Translations under genes and position numbers: made by a program
Shown here: positions 50,266 to 58,796 of the stretch, piece by piece
How the letters are laid out: each line of letters opens with the position of its first letter
How positions within the stretch are numbered: the first letter of the stretch is position 1
Origin: Acidobacteriota bacterium
GTDB taxonomy: Bacteria > Acidobacteriota > Thermoanaerobaculia > Multivoradales > Multivoraceae
DNA length: 64,000 nt
Direction of reading: 5' to 3'
Assembly (NCBI GenBank): GCA_028875725.1
Contig: JAPPCR010000019.1
Span: forward strand, 8,483-72,482
The notes under the pieces: model-generated
What the model saw: the letters and a program-made list of their open reading frames with translations, nothing else
Database searches by the model: none
Told to the model about the DNA's origin: nothing

Positions 50266-51919
50266 GGAGAGTGGTCACTCCTTCGCGGACTTTCTCCAGC
50301 GCGCTCTGGCGCAGGAAACGCATTCCTTCCTCGCCGGCGGCGCGGCGGATCTCCGATGCCGGTCGTCGGTCGAGGATCAGTTCACGGATCGCGTCGGACA
50401 GATCGAGGAGCTCCGATACCGCCATCCTTCCGAAGAAACCGGTGCCGTTGCACTCCATGCAGCCCCGGCCCTCGAAGAGTTCCCAGCCGGCGATGTCCTC
50501 CCGCGCGAGACCGCTCTCTTCGAGCAGCGTGTCGGTGGCGCGCACCGGCTCCCGGCAGTGGCTGCAGATGCGTCGGACCAGCCGCTGGGCCAGCACGCAG
50601 TTCAACGCCGCCACGAAGTTGTAGAGGTCCACGTTCATGTTCAGGAACCGGCCGAGGACGTCGACCACGTTGTTCGCGTGGACCGTCGTGAACACGAGAT
50701 GTCCGGTCAGCGCGGACTGGATGGCGATCTGCGCCGTCTCCTCGTCCCGGATCTCGCCGACCATGATCTTGTCCGGGTCGTGGCGGAGGATGGAGCGGAG
50801 GCCGCGGGCGAACGTCAGCCCCTTTTTCTCGTTCACGGGAATCTGGGTGATGCCGTCGAGCTGGTACTCGACGGGATCCTCGATCGTGATGATCTTGTCC
50901 TCGCTGGACTGGATCTCGGACAGGCAGGCGTAGAGCGTGGTCGTCTTGCCGGATCCGGTCGGACCGGTGACCAGGACCATGCCGTACGGCTCCCGGATGA
51001 ACTTGCGGAGCTTCGCGATCGTCCCGCCGTCGAGGCCGAGGACGTCGAGCCGCAGGTTCCTGAACTCCTGGTTCATCGACTCCTTGTCCAGGATGCGGAT
51101 GACGCAATCTTCGCCGTGGACGGAAGGCATGACGGATACGCGGAAGTCGATCGTGCGGCCGCTGACCCGGACCTTGAAGCGGCCGTCCTGGGGAATCCGC
51201 TTTTCGGCGATGTCGAGCTCGGACATGACCTTGATCCGGCTGACGATGGTCTGGTGGTGGCGCTTGTCGATCGGCTCCATCGCCTGGTAGAGCACGCCGT
51301 CGATCCGGTACTTGATGACGACTTCCTGCTCGCGCGTCTCGATGTGGACATCCGAAGCCCGGCGCTGGATTGCATTGAACAGCGTCGAGTCGACGAGCTT
51401 GATGATGGGGCTCTGGTCGGCCGAGATCCGGTCGATCGAGAGCACCTCGCCGCTGTCCTCGTCTTCCTGGACGAGCTGGATCTTGAAGTCCTCGGTCGCC
51501 TCGTCGAGGACCCGCTGCGCGCTCTCGGACTTCTGCAGGAGATCCTCGATCTCGGACCGGACGCCGATGCGCGCCTCGAGCGGTTGCCCGAGTTGCAGTT
51601 CCAGTTCGTCGACGCGGACAACGTCTGTCGGGTCGGCCATGACGACCGCCAGGCGGCCCTCCAACTGGCGTTCAGGGATGAAGCTGTAGCGGAGCATCAG
51701 GTCGAAGGGGATGTGCCGGAAGAGGTCGTTGTCGATGCGGAAGTTCGCGAGATCGGCGACCTCGAGCCCGAACTGCGCCGCCAGCCGGGCGGCCTCGGCC
51801 CGTTCCCGGCCGAGGCGGTCGTCCTCGTCGCCCCCCGCCCGCAGGCTCTCCAGATCGGACACGCCCTCCGCGATCAGGCGACGGTTGCGCGCCGCGGCGC
51901 TCTCTTCGTGGACGACCAT
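50234..51919 (-). CDS. gspE: Type II secretion / type IV pilus assembly ATPase (GspE/PilB family)
   Basis: The ATG at 51919 shares 1 nt with the gspF stop. T2SSE N-terminal domain, Walker A GPTGSGKTT, Asp box, Walker B IMVGEIRD, His box, and a tetracysteine CSHC...CMEC motif. The upstream part of the 1168-aa ORF is an artefact. Confidence 0.92.
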   Translation of the reverse strand: MVVHEESAAARNRRLIAEGVSDLESLRAGGDEDDRLGRERAEAARLAAQFGLEVADLANFRIDNDLFRHIPFDLMLRYSFIPERQLEGRLAVVMADPTDVVRVDELELQLGQPLEARIGVRSEIEDLLQKSESAQRVLDEATEDFKIQLVQEDEDSGEVLSIDRISADQSPIIKLVDSTLFNAIQRRASDVHIETREQEVVIKYRIDGVLYQAMEPIDKRHHQTIVSRIKVMSELDIAEKRIPQDGRFKVRVSGRTIDFRVSVMPSVHGEDCVIRILDKESMNQEFRNLRLDVLGLDGGTIAKLRKFIREPYGMVLVTGPTGSGKTTTLYACLSEIQSSEDKIITIEDPVEYQLDGITQIPVNEKKGLTFARGLRSILRHDPDKIMVGEIRDEETAQIAIQSALTGHLVFTTVHANNVVDVLGRFLNMNVDLYNFVAALNCVLAQRLVRRICSHCREPVRATDTLLEESGLAREDIAGWELFEGRGCMECNGTGFFGRMAVSELLDLSDAIRELILDRRPASEIRRAAGEEGMRFLRQSALEKVREGVTTLREINKVTFVD

Positions 51920-53157
51920 CAGCCCTGCACCTGTCCCAGCACGCTGAAGAGCGGCAGATACATCGAGAGCACGAGCAATGCGATCGTGCAGCCCATGACG
52001 ACCAGCATCACGGGCTCCACCAGCGAGAGGAGCCGCTCGGTCCGGGTTTCGACGTCCTCGTCGAGGAAGTCGGAAACGCTGTTCACCATCTCGTCCAGGG
52101 CGCCGGTCGCCTCGCCGACCTTGACCATGTCGATCGCGAGGTCGGTGAAGACCTCCGATTCCTCGAGGGCCACGTGGAACGCCTCGCCCTCGCGGATGCG
52201 CGGTCCGAGCGCTACCGCCCGTTCGTGCAGGAAGCGGTTCGTAACCGCCGACGCCGCGGTTTCGAGCGCCGAGGCGAGCGGCAGGCCGCCGTGCAGCAGG
52301 GTGGCCAGGGAGCGGCAGAACTCGGACAGGGCGAAGCGGTGGAAGATCGGCCCGATGAACGGCAACCGCAGTTTCAGGCGGTCGACCAGGGCGCCGATCC
52401 GGCCGCTCCTGCCGATCCTCCAGCTCGCCCAGGCGGCCACGGCGACCGCGGCCATGAGCGCGAGGGTGGTCGGGCTGCGCAGCACTTGGGACACGGCGAG
52501 GAGGAGTTGCGTGAGCCAGGGCAGATCGAGGTCGAGCGCCACGTAGAACTCCTCGAAGCGCGGCATGACGAAGAACATCATCACCGCCACGATGCCGACG
52601 GAAAGGCAGATCAGGAGCGCCGGATAGAAGAACGCGCTGACCACCCGCTTGCGGGAACTCGTGACGAGCTTGAGCTGGCGGACGTACCGGCGAATGACCC
52701 GTTCCAGGCCGCCGCTCTGCTCGCCGGCCTTGAGCATCGAGCTGTAGATCGGCGGGAAGGAGTTGCCCGCCGCGGCAAAGGCCTCGGAGAGTTCTTCGCC
52801 GCTCTCGACGCGGTCCCGGATCTCGCCCAGCGACTCCTTGAAGGCGGCGTGGCGCTGCCGCTCGCAGAGCAGGTCCAGGCACTGGAGCAGGGGCAGTCCG
52901 GCGCTGAGCAGGCCCGCCAACTGCTGGTTGAAGATCAGGAAGTCCTGCCCCGGGACCGCCTTGCGGCTGCTCTCGGCGGCGGCCGAACCCGTGCCCAGAA
53001 GCGCCCCGAAGAGGTGCTGGAGGCCGCGGCGCCTGATCTCGAAGACGTACAGGCCGCGGCGCTCGATCTCGCGCCGCGCGGTGCGCAGATCCGGCGCCTC
53101 GTGGATCTGCTCCACGATGCGACCGTCGGTGGTGCCAAGCCGGCAGACGAACTGCAT
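51919..53157 (-). CDS. gspF: Type II secretion platform protein GspF/PilC family
   Basis: 412 aa with two T2SSF repeats (...FPPIYSSMLKAGEQSGGL... and ...FTDLAIDMVKVGEATGALDEM...) and 3 TM segments. Confidence 0.9.
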   Translation of the reverse strand: MQFVCRLGTTDGRIVEQIHEAPDLRTARREIERRGLYVFEIRRRGLQHLFGALLGTGSAAAESSRKAVPGQDFLIFNQQLAGLLSAGLPLLQCLDLLCERQRHAAFKESLGEIRDRVESGEELSEAFAAAGNSFPPIYSSMLKAGEQSGGLERVIRRYVRQLKLVTSSRKRVVSAFFYPALLICLSVGIVAVMMFFVMPRFEEFYVALDLDLPWLTQLLLAVSQVLRSPTTLALMAAVAVAAWASWRIGRSGRIGALVDRLKLRLPFIGPIFHRFALSEFCRSLATLLHGGLPLASALETAASAVTNRFLHERAVALGPRIREGEAFHVALEESEVFTDLAIDMVKVGEATGALDEMVNSVSDFLDEDVETRTERLLSLVEPVMLVVMGCTIALLVLSMYLPLFSVLGQVQG

Positions 53158-53172
53158 GACCCGACCCCGCTC

Positions 53173-53910
53173 CTAGTCGCCGGCGCCCAGGCCGTCTTCG
53201 CGGGGAGACCGGACGGTCACGGCGACCACCAGGCCGCTGGCGTCGGATCCGCGGTAGGGGAGGGCGAGGACCAGCGGCTTGCCGACCCAGACGTTCAGGT
53301 GGCCGTTGAAGACGCGCTCGTCGAGGACGGCGCTGCGGCTGCGCTCGATCTCGACTCCGTACAGCTTGAGGCGGCGGTCGAGCAGCACGGTGCCGACCCG
53401 GAAACCGAGCCGGAACTCGGTGCCGATCTCGTAGCGGACGTTCTCGCCCTCCGTCGCTTCGAACTGCCCCTCGCCGAGCAGCCGGTAACTCGTGAAGGCC
53501 AGCCAGTTGCCCAGTTCGTCGGTGAGCTGCGCGGGCAGCTCGGAGCGCGGGTCGCCGCTGCCGCGGCGCGACGCCTCGAGGATGAAGATCTCGAACTCGA
53601 TCTGCTGGCGCGGGTGGTCGAAGTCGCGCAGCAGGGCGAGCAGGTGCTCGAGTACGCTGCTCCGGTCCCTGAGCACCAGAGTGTTCGTCGCCCGCTGCAG
53701 TTCGATCGTTCCCTGGGGCGACATCTCGCTCTGCATCCACTCCAGGGCGTCGTCCGCCCGTTGATGCTGGAGCGTGAAGGCGTGGCGAATCTGGGTTTCA
53801 GCCTCCTGCTGTGCGTCTCCCGGTTGCGCGAATGCCGGCTGCAGTGTGCCGGCGGCAGTCAGGAGGGCCAGGGCGGCGAGGGCCCGGCGAACGGCGCTAG
53901 CGGCGCTCAC
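53173..53910 (-). CDS. Periplasmic protein with a secretin N-domain-like (NolW/Secretin_N) module but no secretin pore domain
   Basis: The GTG at 53910 overlaps the anti-sigma stop (GTGA). Signal peptide ALAALALLTAAGTLQPAFA. FTLQHQRADDALEWMQSEMSPQGTIELQRATNTLVLRDRSSVLEHLLALLRDFD resembles a secretin N1-type domain. Confidence 0.55.
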   Translation of the reverse strand: MSAASAVRRALAALALLTAAGTLQPAFAQPGDAQQEAETQIRHAFTLQHQRADDALEWMQSEMSPQGTIELQRATNTLVLRDRSSVLEHLLALLRDFDHPRQQIEFEIFILEASRRGSGDPRSELPAQLTDELGNWLAFTSYRLLGEGQFEATEGENVRYEIGTEFRLGFRVGTVLLDRRLKLYGVEIERSRSAVLDERVFNGHLNVWVGKPLVLALPYRGSDASGLVVAVTVRSPREDGLGAGD

Positions 53911-54494
53911 GGCGCCACCACCAGGACCACGTCGAGGCCGGAGCCGTGGCCGTTGCCGGGAAGCTGGTAGACCTGCAGCGGCTCGTCGCCGAGCGGCTCC
54001 ACGAGCGGTGCCATCGCGATGTGGTCGGGCAGCACGGGCGGGTCGCCCGCGATCTCGTCCGTGGGCGGCACGCTCTCGGGCCACAGCAGGAAACTCAGAC
54101 CGAGCGCCGCGGCCGCGACTCCGGCGGCCAGTACCGAAGCCATGGGCAGGCGCCGGCGGGCGCTCCGCGCCTCGTTCAGGCGCTTCTCGGTCGCCCGTCC
54201 GTCGAGCTCGAGCCGCACGCGCTGGCGGATCGCCTCGACGTCGGCCGCGCTGACCTCTTCGTCGTTGTCACGGGCGGAGTTGCCACCGGCGGCAGTGTCG
54301 CCGGCGGAAGGGCCGCTGAACAACAGCACCGGATCGACAGCGAGCGAGGCCACGCGACAGCGTTCGCAGTCCTCGCGGTGGCGGAGAGCGTCTTCCCAGG
54401 CGGCGTCCACCGTCGCGTCGCCGACTTCCGAACTCCTTTCGGCCCGCTCGCGTTCGCGCACGAGGGCAGCCCAGTCGGGACAGGGAGAAGTCAT
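53907..54494 (-). CDS. Zinc-finger (zf-HC2) anti-sigma factor, single-pass membrane protein
   Basis: H-x3-C-x2-C motif (HREDCERC). TM helix ASVLAAGVAAAALGLSFLLW. ATGA overlap with the sigma gene. Confidence 0.8.
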   Translation of the reverse strand: MTSPCPDWAALVRERERAERSSEVGDATVDAAWEDALRHREDCERCRVASLAVDPVLLFSGPSAGDTAAGGNSARDNDEEVSAADVEAIRQRVRLELDGRATEKRLNEARSARRRLPMASVLAAGVAAAALGLSFLLWPESVPPTDEIAGDPPVLPDHIAMAPLVEPLGDEPLQVYQLPGNGHGSGLDVVLVVAP

Positions 54495-55198
54495 GGGCGC
54501 TCCTTTCTGCCGGCGCGGGTCCCGGCTGTCTGCGCGTACTCGGGGTAGCGCCTGAGCAGCTCCTCGCGGAGCAGCTTGCGGCTGTTGAACAGGTGGTTGC
54601 GGACGGTCGAGGGACGGATGCCGAGGATGCCGGCGATCTCCTTGCCGGCCAACCCCTCCATCTCGCGCAGCACGAACACCGCGCGCTGCTTGTCGCTCAG
54701 AGTGGAGGCGAGCTCATGAAACACGGACCGGACCTCACTGGCGGACAACGAATCGAGTTGCCGCGCGGAGACTTCGCCCCGCTGATGCTCGTCGTGCAAC
54801 TGGAAGCTCTGCAACGAGCGGAGGCGGGAGGCACGGGAGCGCAGGTGGTCGATCGCGAGGTTCGAGACGATCCGGTAGATCCACGTGTTCGGGCTGTACC
54901 GGCGGTCGAAACGATGCCGCGAGTTCCAGATGCGCAGGAAGGCGATCTGGACGATGTCGCGTGCGTCTTCCCGGTCTCCCACGAGCCGGGTGGCCAGACG
55001 AACCAACGGGGTCGTCTTGCGGCGCATCAGTTCGTCGAGCGCGAGGTCGTCGTCGCCGCGAAGGCCCTCGAGCAGCTCGGCGTCGGACGCGTCGGCCCAC
55101 GCCACCTGACGCTGGTGGCGGGAGTACGCGATCGTGAGACCGCTCCGGGGAGGATCTTCGCGTGGCGGTTCCATGCGGATGGCTTGCGCGGATCTCAT
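54491..55198 (-). CDS. ECF-type RNA polymerase sigma factor
   Basis: Region 2 (ARDIVQIAFLRIWNSRHRFDRRYSPNTWIYRIVSNLAIDHLR). Region 4 (QRAVFVLREMEGLAGKEIAGILGIRPSTVRNHLFNSRKLL). Confidence 0.9.
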   Translation of the reverse strand: MRSAQAIRMEPPREDPPRSGLTIAYSRHQRQVAWADASDAELLEGLRGDDDLALDELMRRKTTPLVRLATRLVGDREDARDIVQIAFLRIWNSRHRFDRRYSPNTWIYRIVSNLAIDHLRSRASRLRSLQSFQLHDEHQRGEVSARQLDSLSASEVRSVFHELASTLSDKQRAVFVLREMEGLAGKEIAGILGIRPSTVRNHLFNSRKLLREELLRRYPEYAQTAGTRAGRKERP

Positions 55199-55375
55199 GC
55201 CTCGCTGTTGATACGGAGGCCCGGGGCAAAGCGTCCAAGCCGCGCTTCGGGAGATTGGAGGGCCCTCCGCCAGCAGGCGGCGGAATTATACTCGTCCGTC
55301 GATACGGGGCTTCGGCAGCCCCATGAGTTCACCGCGCGTCGCACCGGAAGCGGTTCGGCGCCCGGCCGTCACCTT

Positions 55376-56659
55376 ATGTGGTTCCTCTACCAGCTCGCGA
55401 TGGCGGCAGGGTTGGGCGTGGCGGCGCCGGTGCTGCTGGCTCGGCGCGGCCGGCACTACCTGCCGACGCTTCCTGCCCGGCTGGGACGTTTGCCGGAGGC
55501 CCGGGGAATCAGACCGCTGTGGCTGCACGCCGCGTCGGTGGGCGAGGCCGGAGTGGCGGCGACCCTGGCGCGGGCCCTGCCGCCGGACCTCGACCTGGTG
55601 GTGACGACGGTGACGCCCACCGGCCAGGCGGCGGCGAAGAGGCTGTTCGAGCCGCTCGGCGCGGACGGCCGGAGTGTCGTCGTCACCTACCTGCCGTTCG
55701 ACCTGGGGTTGCTGGTCGGGCGGTTCCTGGACCGTTACGCGCCGCGGGCGCTGGTCCTCTTCGAGAGCGAGCTCTGGCCCCTGCTCCTTCGGGACTGCCA
55801 CCGCCGGTCGGTTCCCGTGGCGGTGCTCAACGCCCGCATCAGCGACCGCAGCTACGGGCGGATGAAGCGGGCGGGACGCCTCTACCGGCGATTTCTGCTC
55901 GACCCGCTGGGTCGGCTGGGCGCCCAGAGCCCGCAGGACGAGGAGCGTCTACTGAGCCTCGGCGCCGGGTCGGTCCGCACGTCGCTGACCGGCAACCTGA
56001 AGTTCGACACTCCGGAACCGGCCCCGGTGGCGGACCTGGAGCAGGCCCTGCGGGATCTCGCGGGGGATCGGCCGATCCTGATCGCGGGCTCGACGATGCC
56101 CGGCGAAGAGCCGATCGTCCTCGACGCCTTCGAGCGACTGGATCGCGAGGCGCTGCTGGTTCTGGCGCCCCGCCATCCGGAACGCTTCGACGAAGTATGG
56201 CGAGAGGTGGAGGAACGGTCGTTGCCGGGGATCCGACGGAGCCGGATCGCCGCGGCCGGGGACACGGCGCCGCGGTCGGCCTCGCCGCCCGGGATCGTCC
56301 TGCTTGATTCCCTGGGCGAGCTGGCCTCGATCTACCGGCTCGCGTCCGCCGCCTTGATCGGCGGCACGCTCGTGCCGACCGGCGGCCACAACCCGATCGA
56401 GGCGGCGCGTTTCGGCGTGCCGGTGATCGTTGGCCCGTCGATGGAGAACTTCCGGCGCATCGCGCGCGACCTCGAGGCCGCGGACGGCGTGACCGTGGCG
56501 GCTGACGGCGAGGCACTGACCGAAGCGTGGCGGCGTTGTCTGGACGACCCGGCCGGGGCGGCGGAGCAGGGCTGGCGCGGTATGGCGGTCGTCGACCGGA
56601 ACCGGGGCGCGGTGGAGCGCTCGGTGGAGCTCCTGAGCGAACTGGTGGACCTGGATTGA
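55376..56659 (+). CDS. waaA: 3-deoxy-D-manno-octulosonic acid (Kdo) transferase
   Basis: ATG at 55376. WLHAASVGEAGVAATL, the PRHPERF motif, and GGTLVPTGGHNPIEAARFGVPVIVGP. Confidence 0.9.
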   Translation: MWFLYQLAMAAGLGVAAPVLLARRGRHYLPTLPARLGRLPEARGIRPLWLHAASVGEAGVAATLARALPPDLDLVVTTVTPTGQAAAKRLFEPLGADGRSVVVTYLPFDLGLLVGRFLDRYAPRALVLFESELWPLLLRDCHRRSVPVAVLNARISDRSYGRMKRAGRLYRRFLLDPLGRLGAQSPQDEERLLSLGAGSVRTSLTGNLKFDTPEPAPVADLEQALRDLAGDRPILIAGSTMPGEEPIVLDAFERLDREALLVLAPRHPERFDEVWREVEERSLPGIRRSRIAAAGDTAPRSASPPGIVLLDSLGELASIYRLASAALIGGTLVPTGGHNPIEAARFGVPVIVGPSMENFRRIARDLEAADGVTVAADGEALTEAWRRCLDDPAGAAEQGWRGMAVVDRNRGAVERSVELLSELVDLD

Positions 56660-57645
56660 GCGCCGCCCGCAGTCCCTGGCAGCGGTTCTACGAGTGGGCG
56701 CACCACCGCCGGCGCCGCTTCTGGTCGCCGCGCGCCGCGAGCCTCGGCCGCAAGACGGTCAGCATCGGCAACCTGCACTGGGGCGGCAGCGGCAAGACGC
56801 CGACGGTGATCGCCGCGGCGCGCGGCCTGGCCGACCAGGGCCTCAGGGTCGCCGTGCTGTCGCGGGGCTACCGCCGCAGGGATCGGGAACCGCGGGTCGT
56901 GAGCCTCGGCGAGGGGCCACTCGCCTCGGTGGAGCAGGCCGGCGACGAGCCGGTGATGCTCGCCGAGCAGGCGCCGGGCGTGGTGGTGGCCGTCGGCGCC
57001 GACCGCCGCGCGGCCGCCTCCCTGGCCCTCGAGCGGGCGCCGGACATCGAGGTCTTCCTGCTGGACGACGGCTTCTCCCATGTGCGGGTACGCCGCGATG
57101 TCGAGGTCCTGACCTTTCCCGCCGCCGACCCCTTTGCCGGCGGCCTCCTGCTGCCGGGCGGCCGCCTGCGCGAGCCTCTGGGCATGGTGCGCCTCGCCGA
57201 CGCCGCGGTCATCACCGGCCTCGAAAAAGGCGCCGAACCGCCGGCCGACTTCGAACCGACCCTGCACCGCCACCGCTTCGCCGGCCGGGTGTTCACGTCG
57301 ACGCTTCGGTCCGAGCTCCTGGGTGGCCCGTCAGCGGAGCGACCGCTACTCGTCACTGGCGTCGCCCGGCCGGAGCGCGTCGCCCGCACCGCGGTCGCCG
57401 CCGGCCTGGAATGCGTGGATCACCTCCGCTTTCCCGACCACCACGGCTATCCGCCGCGTTCCCTCCGCGCGATCGAGTCCGCCGCCGCCCGCCATCGCTG
57501 CGACGCTGTCGTTGTGACCTCCAAGGACGCCGTCAAGCTCCGCGGCCGCCTGCCGGCGGGCGCGCCGCCGCTTCAGGAACTCAGCGTCGAGGCGCGGCTC
57601 GAGCCGGAGTTTCTGCGGTGGCTCTCGGATCGCCTGGAACGCTGA
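56656..57645 (+). CDS. lpxK: Tetraacyldisaccharide 4'-kinase
   Basis: A likely TTG start at 56656 overlaps the waaA stop. VSIGNLHWGGSGKTP P-loop, VLSRGYRR, LLDDGFSH. Confidence 0.85.
   Translation: MSAARSPWQRFYEWAHHRRRRFWSPRAASLGRKTVSIGNLHWGGSGKTPTVIAAARGLADQGLRVAVLSRGYRRRDREPRVVSLGEGPLASVEQAGDEPVMLAEQAPGVVVAVGADRRAAASLALERAPDIEVFLLDDGFSHVRVRRDVEVLTFPAADPFAGGLLLPGGRLREPLGMVRLADAAVITGLEKGAEPPADFEPTLHRHRFAGRVFTSTLRSELLGGPSAERPLLVTGVARPERVARTAVAAGLECVDHLRFPDHHGYPPRSLRAIESAAARHRCDAVVVTSKDAVKLRGRLPAGAPPLQELSVEARLEPEFLRWLSDRLER
57274..57312. repeat. 39-bp direct repeat, copy A (inside lpxK)
   Basis: CGCTTCGCCGGCCGGGTGTTCACGTCGACGCTTCGGTCC matches 58758-58796 at 35 of 39 positions, with an identical 19-nt core GGGTGTTCACGTCGACGCT. 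Confidence 0.8.
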
Positions 57646-57756
57646 GCCCCGGAACGCCGTGGAGACGGCATTCCGGCGCCGCCGCCGTCGCGAGGTGCGC
57701 CTGCCTGGAAGCCGGCCGCCAATCCGTCCTTGTCTGCAGACGCCGCCGGTCTACCG

Positions 57757-58749
57757 ATGTCCGAGAAACCGAAACCGCCCAGGCAGTCCAGTCAGATCGC
57801 CCAGCCCCACGACGCCCTGTTCCGGCGCGTGTTCTCGGAGCCGGCGCAGGCCGCCGCCCTGTTGCGCGAGACCCTGCCCGTGGCCGTTCGGGACCGCTTC
57901 GCCTGGAACACCCTGAGGCGCCTCCCGGACACCTTCGTCGACGAACGGCTCAGGCGGACCGAGTCCGATCTCCTGTTCGAGGTCGACCAGCCGGGCGGCG
58001 AGCCCCCCGTACGCCTCTACGTGCTGATCGAGCATCAGTCTTCGCCCGACCCGTTCATGGCGCTGCGCCTGCTGCGCTATTGCACAAGCGTTCTGGAGGC
58101 GGCGGTTCGCGAGGTCCCGGAGCGGAAGCGCCTGCCGGCGGTTCTCCCCGTGGTGTTTCACCAGGGGCGCCGCCCCTGGCCGTATCCGACATCTCTCGAC
58201 GGGCTGTTGGGGGAGTCGGCGCGGGACCTGCCGTGGGGTCCCCGGCTCGACTTCCTGCTGCTGGACCAAGGCGCCGGCGGGCTGTCGACGGTAGTCGGCT
58301 CGCCTCTGGGCCGGCTGGCCCAGTATCTGATGCTCGCCGTCTCGGGGCCGGAGTCGGAGCGGGCGGCGGCTCTTGAGCGTGCGGTCGAGTTGATGCGAAA
58401 CTTGCTATCGGCCGAGAGGCCGCACGACCTTGAGGTGTTCCACAGCTACGTGTTCCACGGAAGGGAGGACCCGGCCATGATGAAGGAGGTCGAAGCGATG
58501 CTGGAGGAGATCGAGGCCAGGGGTCCGGACAGCGAGTTGAAGAGCCTGGGCCAATTGATCTGGGAGAGAGGCCAGAGGACGGGCCGTTCGGAGGGCGTCC
58601 GGCTCGGCGAACACCGCGCCACGGTCGCGACGGTCGAGGGCCTCCTGCGGGCCGGCGTGGACTGGCGAGTGATCGAGTCGGCTACCGGCCTCGACCGGGG
58701 TGGCTTCAACGCGCTCAAGGAGCAACTGGGTTCGGATCGGGCCTCTTAG
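57757..58749 (+). CDS. Rpn-family (YhgA-like, PD-(D/E)XK) recombination-promoting nuclease / putative transposase
   Basis: HDALFRRVFSEPAQAAALLRETLP...ESDLLFEV...LYVLIEHQSSPDPFMALRLLRY is the YhgA-like (Transposase_31) signature. Probable ATG at 57757. Confidence 0.85.
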   Translation: MSEKPKPPRQSSQIAQPHDALFRRVFSEPAQAAALLRETLPVAVRDRFAWNTLRRLPDTFVDERLRRTESDLLFEVDQPGGEPPVRLYVLIEHQSSPDPFMALRLLRYCTSVLEAAVREVPERKRLPAVLPVVFHQGRRPWPYPTSLDGLLGESARDLPWGPRLDFLLLDQGAGGLSTVVGSPLGRLAQYLMLAVSGPESERAAALERAVELMRNLLSAERPHDLEVFHSYVFHGREDPAMMKEVEAMLEEIEARGPDSELKSLGQLIWERGQRTGRSEGVRLGEHRATVATVEGLLRAGVDWRVIESATGLDRGGFNALKEQLGSDRAS

Positions 58750-58757
58750 TTCAGGTC

Positions 58758-58796
58758 CGCCTCGCTGGCAGGGTGTTCACGTCGACGCTCCGGTCC
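58758..58796. repeat. 39-bp direct repeat, copy B (just after the rpn stop)
   Basis: See copy A. It is followed by sequence resembling the lpxK 3' end (about 70% over 30 nt; LPWLAERLED versus lpxK C-terminal LRWLSDRLER). Confidence 0.8.

Noticed and set aside
51920-53740. Upstream 607 aa of the 1168-aa ORF 50234-53740
   Set aside because: It overlaps gspF and the secretin-N-domain gene out of frame and has low-complexity Arg/Pro composition. GspE homology starts at 51919.
55285-55290. Perfect TATAAT on the minus strand (TATACT on the plus strand at 55287-55292) in the divergent spacer between the ECF sigma gene and waaA
   Set aside because: It is the most AT-rich hexamer locally and is plausibly a -10 box. 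I could find no convincing -35 element or ECF-type GGAAC...CGT motif, so it is not reported as a feature.
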